Below, in pieces: positions 57,701 through 64,000 of a stretch of DNA of 64,000 nucleotides. The stretch comes from Lingula anatina (lineage: Eukaryota > Animalia > Brachiopoda), in contig CM120644.1 of assembly GCA_051362555.1 (NCBI GenBank), forward strand, positions 2,178,954 through 2,242,953. The letters are read 5' to 3'. Every line of letters begins with the position of its first letter. The stretch's first letter is position 1. The notes under the pieces were generated by a model, which was given only the letters and a program-made list of their open reading frames with translations, was not told the origin of the DNA and did no database searches. A program made the translations under genes and the position numbers.

Positions 57701-60700
57701 TGATACCTCTGCCCCTACAACAACGACGTCTACTGTGAAAACTACAGGTGAAGGTGATACCTCAGCCCCTACAACGACGACGTCTACTGTAAAAACTACA
57801 GGTGAAGGTGATACTTCTGCCCCTACAACAACGACGTCTACTGTGAAAACTACAGGTGGAGGTGATACCTCTGCCTCTTCTACAACTACGTTTACTGTAC
57901 AAACTACAGGTGAAGGTGATACCTCTGCCCCTACAACAACGACGTCTACTGTGAAAACTACAGGTGAAGGTGATACCTCTGACCCTACAACAACGACGTC
58001 TACTGTGAAAACTACAGGTGAAGGTGATACCTCTGCCCCTACAACAACGACTTCTACTGTAAAAACTACAGGTGAAGGTGATACTTCTGCCCCTACAACA
58101 ACGACGTCTACTGTGAAAACTACAGGTGGAGGTGATACCTCTGCCTCTTCTACAACGACGTCTACTGTACAAACTACAGGTGAAGGTGATACCTCTGCCC
58201 CTACAACAACGACGTCTACTGTGAAAACTACAGGTGAAGGTGATACCTCTGCCCCTCCAACAACGACGTCTACTGTGAAAACTACAGGTGAAGGTGATAC
58301 CTCTGCCCCTACAACAACGACTTCTACTGTAAAAACTACAGGTGAAGGTGATACTTCTGCCCCTACAACAACGACGTCTACTGTGAAAACTACAGGTGGA
58401 GGTGATACCTCTGCCTCTTCTACAACTACGTTTACTGTACAAACTACAGGTGGAGGTGATACCTCAGCCCCTACAACATCAACGTCTACTGTAAAAACTA
58501 CAGGTGAAGGTGAAACCTCTGCCCCTACAACAACGACGTCTACTGTACAAACTACAGGTGAAGGTGATACCTCTGCCCCAACAACAACGACGTCTGTTAC
58601 TACTGTACAAACTACAGGTGAAGGTGATACCTCTGCCCCTACAACAACGACATCTACTGTAAAAACTACAGGTGAAGGTGATACCTCTGCCCCTACAACA
58701 ACGACTTCTACTGTAAAAACTACAGGTGAAGGTGATACTTCTGCCCCTACAACAACGACGTCTTCTGTAAAAACTACAGGTGAAGGTTATACCTCAGCCC
58801 CTACAACAACGACGTCTTCTGTAAAAACTACAGGCGAAGGTGATACCTCTGCCCCCACAACATCAACGTCTACTGTAAAAACTACAGGTGAAGGTGAAAC
58901 CTCTGCCCCTACAACAACGAAGTCTACTGTACAAACTACAGGTGAAGGTGATACCTCTGCCCCTACAACAACGACGTCTACTGTGAAAACTACAGGTGAA
59001 GGTGATACCTCTGCCCTTACAACAACGACGTCTACTGTGAAAACTACAGGTGAAGGTGATACCTCTGCCCCTACAACAATGACGTCTGTTACTACTGTAC
59101 AAACTATAGGTGAAGGAGATACCTCTGCCCCAACAACAACGACGTCTGTTACTACTGTACAAACTACATGTGAAGGTGATAGCTCTGCCCCTACAACAAC
59201 GACGTCTGTTACTACTGTACAAACTACAGGTGAAAGTGATACCTCTGCCTCTACAACAACGACGTCTACTGTACAAACTACAGGTGAAGGTGATACGTCT
59301 GCCCCCACAACAACGACGTCTACTGTGAAAACTACAGGTGAAGGTGATAACTCTGCCCCCACAAAAACGACTTCTACTGTAAAAACTACAGGTGAAGGTG
59401 ATACCTCTGCCCCTCCAACAACGACGTCTACTGTGAAAACTACAGGTGAAGGTGATACCTCTGCCCCTACAACAACGACGTCTACTGTGAAAACTACAGG
59501 TGGAGGTGATACCTCTGCCTCTTCTACAACTACGTCTACTGTACAAACTACAGGTGAAGGTGATACCTCAGCCACTACAACAACGACGTCTTCTGTAAAA
59601 ACTACAGGTGAAGGTTATACCTCAGCCCCTACAACAACGACGTCTTCTGTAAAAACTACAGGTGAAGGTGATACCTCTGCCCCCACAACAACAACGTCTA
59701 CTGTAAAAACTACAGGTGAAGGTGAAACCTCTGCCCCTACAACAACGACGTCTACTGTACAAACTACAGGTGAAGGTGATACCTCTGCCCCAACAACAAC
59801 GACGTCTGTTACTACTGTTCAAACTACAGGTGAAGGTGATACCTCTGCCCCTACAACAACGACATCTACTGTAAAAACTACAGGTGAAGGTGATACCTCT
59901 ACCCCTACAACAACGACGTCTACTGTACAAACTACAGGTGAAGGTGATACCTCTTCCCCTACAACAACGACGTCTACTGTGAAAACTACAGGTGAAGGTG
60001 ATACCTCTGACCCTACAACAACAACGTCTACTGTACAAACTACAGGTGAAGGTGATACCTCTGCCCCTACAACAACGACGTCTGTTACTACTGTACAAAC
60101 TACAGGTGAAGGTGATACCTCTGCCCCTACAACAACGACATCTACTGTAAAAACTACAGGTGAAGGTGATACCTCTACCCCTACAACAACAACGTCTACT
60201 GTACAAACTACAGGTGAAGGTGATACCTCTGCCCCTACAACAACGACGTCTACTGTGAAAACTACAGGTGAAGGTGATACCTCTGCCCCTACAACAACAA
60301 CGTCTACTGTACAAACTACAGGTGAAGGTGATACCTCTGCCCCTACAACAACGACGTCTACTGTGAAAACTACAGGTGAAGGTGATACCTCTGCCCCTAC
60401 AACAATGACGTCTACTGTTAAAACTACAGGTGAAGGTGATACCTCTGCCCCTACAACAACGACGTCTACTGTGAAAACTACAGGTGAAGGTGATACCTCT
60501 GCCCCTACAACAATGACGTCTACTGTAAAAACTACAGGTGAAGGTGATACCTCTGCCCCTACAACAACGACGTCTACTGTGAAAACTACAGGTGAAGATG
60601 ATACCTCTGCCCCTACAACAACGACGTCTACTGTAAAAACTACAGGTGAAGGTGATACCGCTTCGTCGATGAAAACTACGCCCGCAGTTGTAAAGACCAC

Positions 60701-60729
60701 CAGACCTGTGCCAACGGAGATGAAACTCG
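36759..60729 (+). CDS. 3' uninterrupted block of the mucin PTS repeat (about 24 kb, about 7,990 codons) plus unique linker ASSMKTTPAVVKTTRPVPTEMKL; exon ends at a phase-1 donor
   Basis: ORF track 36795..60740 has no stop. The end reads ATG AAA CTC G|GTAAGC, so the last ORF residues (GKH*) are intronic read-through. The sequence turns AT-rich immediately afterwards. Confidence 0.85.
44940..58834 (+). repeat. Large tandem duplication, period 6942 bp (2314 codons, frame-preserving)
   Basis: Shadow ORF pairs 45383/52325, 46239/53181, 47147/54089, 48636/55578, 49683/56625 and 50820/57762 are all offset by 6942, with identical translations. Confidence 0.9.
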
Positions 60730-61542
60730 GTAAGCACTGATTTTATACGTGTTATATAAGATAACTATAAATATTAAGCTAATAAAAACACAAAGTATTG
60801 TATGTTGTGAAATAAAAATCTGTAAAATAATCTGTAAAATCTGTTGTTTAAAAGTTTAAATGTACTGAAGTGTTAGAAATTTAACACTAAGATTTTTGTA
60901 TCTTAAACGTGGTAAAGGTAATCGAAGGCTGGTCACTAGGTAGTAAAAATTGCCATATTTTGAGACGTATTTCAAGTCAATTTTTTTTCTACAACATCTG
61001 GCGCACAGCCAAAGTTTAGTTTCATTAAAGAAATATCGACGAGCGTCGTTATAATTCAATTTAAATAAGTATATTGTCAGGCGGCTATGCCTTACAATTG
61101 TGCAACAGTTGATAAACGCATTAAACTTTTCACGTTGATTGACCATTTAGTGCTTGTCAATTTTTGATAGGGAGGCAATTTCGAAATTTATTATAATCAG
61201 ATGAGCAGCATTATCTAAATGTGCTGACTCAGATCTCACCAAAACGAGACTTACTTGCACAAAAGATGATAAGTTGAATCAATTTGAGAAACTTAAACTC
61301 ACTGTGTACATCTATGAGAGCAATGATGACGTCACCAGTAAATATGCTCATTGGAAAATGACCAATGTCCACTTACTACCGTAGGCCCAAAATCACACCC
61401 TTCAGTGTTCTTTCCTGTACATTTTTATAACAGTAAAATACGTTTGGTTGCTACTTTTAAGATTGAGTTCTTTTCAATATTGCCGTCAATTTTGAGGGAA
61501 ATACAAAAGCAACCAGAAGTCGACATACGTACTATATTTATG

Positions 61543-61568
61543 TTTTTTTTTTTTTTTTTTTTTTTTTT
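61543..61568. repeat. Poly(T)26 tract in intron
   Basis: Directly visible homopolymer. Confidence 0.95.
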
Positions 61569-61854
61569 GTCCATTGTGACTTGTCGTACGCCATGATTCT
61601 AAATTACCATTATCCGCTGGTGTGACCTCTAAGTCACTTACAAAGCGAGCATAGGTTCCAAGTAACGCATATTCACCTCTTTTATTTTTGCTCTACATTT
61701 GTTCGCCCATGTATAAATAAATGGGGTGTCGTGTAGCATTTAAATGTATCATCTTAAAGGAAATTATTTAAATATACCCAATGCCACGCTGTTTTTATTT
61801 TTTGCGAAACACTATTATATTTGTCGCTTTTTATAAAAGCCCTATTAGTAATGT

Positions 61855-62537
61855 CTGTGCCTTAAATTAAAATTTCGGCTTACTGGCCATCCGGACCGCC
61901 AGTCTCCTAATATCTACTGGTCCAAATCAGGATTTGCTGGTCCAAATGCAAGTTTCAATAATACTGGACCATTCCATCAAAGGAATAATAACTCTTCGTA
62001 TGAGGTCTATATTTCACAATAAATACATTGTTAATAACTCATATAAATATAATATTTTATGTTTTACAACAAAACAGGAGTTATAACTATTATTCTGATA
62101 TCTGAGCTTGTCTTCACATCACGTAACCTCCATTGGTGGCTATAATCTGTTATAATCTCTTAAGAGATTTTAACAAAAAAAACAAACTTTTTAGAAAAAA
62201 AACAGGGACTAACTTTGAATGTAAAAATTGATTCATCAACCATTGGTAAGTATGGGAAAATTGTTGTTTACTCCAGGAAAATTCATTTTTTGGTCGAAAC
62301 GAAGAGTTATTATCCCTTTAATATCTATAATCACAATACTTTGATTTTACCAAACCTTTTTAGAAACATCATGCAACAGCTACATTTGATAAAAAATGGA
62401 AGATCTTTTGAAAACATTCTGATGAAAATGTAATTTTCAAGTCGAATCACTAAATCTTCATATTCTAAAAAATCTACTAGTCGTTACAAATAATCACTTT
62501 CCGTGGGCGTACGACCAGTGGGTAACGTCGCAGACTG
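61855..62537. mobile_element. Possible degenerate non-autonomous DNA transposon (MITE-like) in the intron
   Basis: GC-richer ends carry clustered (T)ACTGGTCC-like motifs at 61881, 61915, 61936 and 61962, with related TACTAGTCG at 62475 and inverted CGACCAGT at 62512. These flank an AT-rich core. No clean TIR or TSD was found. Confidence 0.3.
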
Positions 62538-62603
62538 GTTTTAAAAGTAAACTGTTACTCGGTGCAAAATTGTTTTTTAAGTTTAATATATGAGCTGTTA
62601 CAG

Positions 62604-62722
62604 ATGTAAAGGACATTGAGGAGCTGGACAAGAAAGTGAAGCTGGAATTCCGATTGCCGGAGGGAGATTTCAGCAAAGATGAAAATGTATTCAATGAAAA
62701 CAAAGACAATTTGAGAGCACAG
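62604..62722 (+). CDS. SEA-domain exon 1: (D)VKDIEELDKKVKLEFRLPEGDFSKDENVFNENKDNLRAQ
   Basis: Acceptor TGTTACAG|AT and donor CAG|GTACTT. 119 bp, phase 1 to 0. Purine-rich, stop-free, distinct from the flanking AT-rich DNA. Not in the ORF track. Confidence 0.8.
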
Positions 62723-62950
62723 GTACTTTTATATTTTATTATTCTATGAACACATTTGTTTCTTAATATAATAGCTGAAATGAAAAAAAAAGTCCCACAA
62801 AGTTGCATGGGAAGATTTATGGAAAATACCTGTATATTGTAAGTAGCAAATACAAGCACTTAAATTGTGTTGACTTACAAATAACAAAAAACGTACACTG
62901 AATCAACCAGTGGCTACGTCTGTAGTGTACTACAACTCTACGTGTTTCAG

Positions 62951-63015
62951 CTGTTTCACCAATTCAATTCGTCCGGCATAGAAGGCCTCAAAGATGTAGA
63001 AATCATCGGTTTTAG
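62951..63015 (+). CDS. SEA-domain exon 2: LFHQFNSSGIEGLKDVEIIGF(R)
   Basis: Acceptor GTGTTTCAG|CT and donor TAG|GTAAGA. 65 bp, phase 0 to 2. Encodes the beta-strand-like VEIIGF that precedes the SEA GS motif. Confidence 0.85.
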
Positions 63016-63363
63016 GTAAGATGGGGATACGTGATTCTACTTGAAAGTCAAAAAGGCAATCTGCTGCTGTGGATGGTTTAAAAAGTGATCAACAAAAGCG
63101 ATGTATGATCAGTTTAAAGTGTTTTTTGTTTCTATTTTATTACGAAACAAACGCTATTTGACACTGGTGACAGGTAACATTCAAATAACATACATTTTCA
63201 TATAACATACATTTTCAGATTCATTACAGAGTAAATATTGAAATTTGGTGTATATTTTTGTGTTGCCATTCATTCTAAAAACGAAATTTTGTTCACAAGT
63301 TTGTAGTTTCTTGTGTTCTGTCATCTGTTGTCAGTCATTAAGAGTCAGTTTAATTTGTTTCAG

Positions 63364-63566
63364 AAATGGAAGTATCATCATAGACTACAACTTAATATTT
63401 GCTGTTAAGAGTTTCTTGAAACAAAACGGAACGTCCAACAGCACCCTAGATAAAATCAAAGATGTCCTTATCAATGGCAATACAACATTGGAACTAAAAG
63501 TGAATGGGTCTGTCAGAACGTTTACCCCAGACAGAAATTATAGCGTCGCTGAACTTGAAAAGATAG
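63364..63566 (+). CDS. SEA-domain exon 3: (R)NGSIIIDYNLIFAVKSFLKQNGTSNSTLDKIKDVLINGNTTLELKVNGSVRTFTPDRNYSVAELEKI
   Basis: Acceptor TTTGTTTCAG|AA and donor TAG|GTAAGA. 203 bp, phase 2 to 1. Lies within ORF 63245..63613. The spliced junction gives GFRNGSIIIDY, matching the SEA G|S-hydrophobic motif. The three exons total 387 bp (129 codons), a plausible SEA length. Confidence 0.88.
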
Positions 63567-64000
63567 GTAAGAAATACGAATGTACTATTTACGGGATTTC
63601 CCCTCCGAAATAAAGCTAAATCCAAATGATTTTCTCTTGTACTCACTAACCGTCCTTATAAAAAATACGAACAATATATTTACAACATTGGTCAAAAAGA
63701 TTGTCCCACCCCCAATCCCACGTGCTTTTATTTACAAATGATAGCCTCGCAGGTGTAAATTGTCAAATACATTTTTTTCAGATGCCATATGTAACCTGGA
63801 TAATGGTTTAAAAAAATACAAAATAGAGAATATCCACATTTTGACCCATTTATTCAAAATTGTAACATGTCCCCCTCCAATCCAATGTTTCACTGTGATT
63901 TTCAGCGAGTTAAAGAAATTCCCATGAAATTGAAAAGAGACCGCTAAATATGACCTAATTTACACACAAATAGCATTAAGATGTGGTCGTTAAAGGTCAG

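Larger units (their letters stand above)
1..60660 (+). repeat. Coding-type minisatellite (VNTR): 54-bp consensus ACTACAGGTGAAGGTGATACCTCTGCCCCTACAACAACGACGTCTACTGT(G/A)(A/C)AA, with an interspersed 60-bp variant (6-bp insertion giving SVTTV)
   Basis: Directly visible throughout. The unit translates to TTGEGDTSAPTTTTSTV(K/Q), with 8 Thr + 2 Ser out of 18 aa. About 1,100 units, estimated from length and not counted. Confidence 0.99.
60730..62603 (+). other. Intron (GT-AG, phase 1, 1874 bp)
   Basis: Starts GTAAGC and ends CTGTTACAG. AT-rich. Joins CTC G to AT GTA AAG in frame (L-D-V-K). An additional small symmetric exon inside it cannot be excluded. Confidence 0.75.
1..63566 (+). other. Partial giant mucin-like gene (PTS tandem-repeat region followed by SEA-domain exons); open at both window edges
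   Basis: The Thr/Ser/Pro-rich repeat ORF ends at a G|GTAAGC donor. Three downstream GT-AG exons join with compatible phases (1-0-2-1) and encode a SEA-like module. PTS followed by SEA is the established architecture of SEA-type mucins (MUC1/MUC3/MUC12/MUC17 class). No signal peptide or TM segment is visible in the window. Confidence 0.85.

Noticed and set aside
907-59328. Many 68-88 aa + strand ORFs MKVIPLPLQQRRLL...
   Set aside because: They are the shifted frame of the repeat, open only across runs of Q-type units, and start at repeat GTG codons. They are not independent genes.
1-60660. CRISPR-like array
   Set aside because: Units are directly adjacent with no unique spacers, there are no cas genes, and the context is spliceosomal.
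1-60660. G-quadruplex potential on the minus strand (GGGG once per unit)
   Set aside because: Only one G4 run per 54 bp, separated by long loops, so it is not a canonical quadruplex motif.
206-60737. Long minus-strand ORFs (VDVVVVGAEVSPSPVV... and Arg/Cys-rich RRRCCRGRGITFTCS..., superficially protamine- or metallothionein-like)
   Set aside because: These are antisense shadows of a 54/60-bp repeat that happens to lack stops in those frames. They are broken by variants that are harmless on the + strand and connect to no unique exons.
1-60740. Bacterial giant adhesin or serine-rich repeat protein
   Set aside because: The repeat ends in a GT donor followed by AT-rich introns and phase-compatible exons. 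There is no LPXTG motif or operon context.
60856-62859. Short ORFs 60856..61146(-), 61351..61596(+), 62215..62433(+) and 62494..62859(-)
   Set aside because: These are low-complexity AT-rich intronic ORFs. One includes the poly-T tract and one is antisense to the real exon. No recognisable motifs.
63185-63218. 17-bp tandem duplication (ATAACATACATTTTCA twice) ending in a cryptic TTTTCAG
   Set aside because: An ordinary intronic micro-duplication. The 63015-to-63364 splice already yields the SEA motif in frame.
63782-63927. Possible next exon after TTTTTTTCAG (phase 1: DAICNLDNGLKKYKIENIHIL...)
   Set aside because: The acceptor looks good, but the reading lacks EGF-like Cys spacing or a TM segment, has no convincing donor and reaches a stop near 63925. 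It cannot be supported without RNA data.

Overview
Eukaryotic (metazoan-type, spliced) DNA, with no prokaryotic, CRISPR or RNA-gene features. About 60.7 kb of the window is one coding-type minisatellite with a 54-bp unit (TTGEGDTSAPTTTTSTVK) and a 60-bp variant (...TTTTSVTTVQ), roughly 1,100 units by length. It forms the Thr/Ser-rich (PTS) region of a giant mucin-like gene on the + strand whose 5' end lies upstream of the window. The array ends in a short unique linker and a phase-1 donor at 60729|60730. Three small GT-AG exons follow (62604-62722, 62951-63015, 63364-63566). They splice in frame into a SEA domain carrying the autoproteolysis motif GFRNG|SIIIDY, and the gene continues past the window. 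The array is open from 3 to 11981 and from 36759 to 60729. Between these blocks lie 12 ORF-breaking lesions (9 single-base deletions, 3 nonsense codons). They derive from only 4 mutations that were copied by higher-order duplications. Every repeat unit also carries phase-1 AG|GT motifs, in the same phase as the real exon end and the SEA acceptor. This suggests an untested way to splice around the lesions or to tune mucin length. The many other ORFs in the track are alternative-frame shadows of the repeat.
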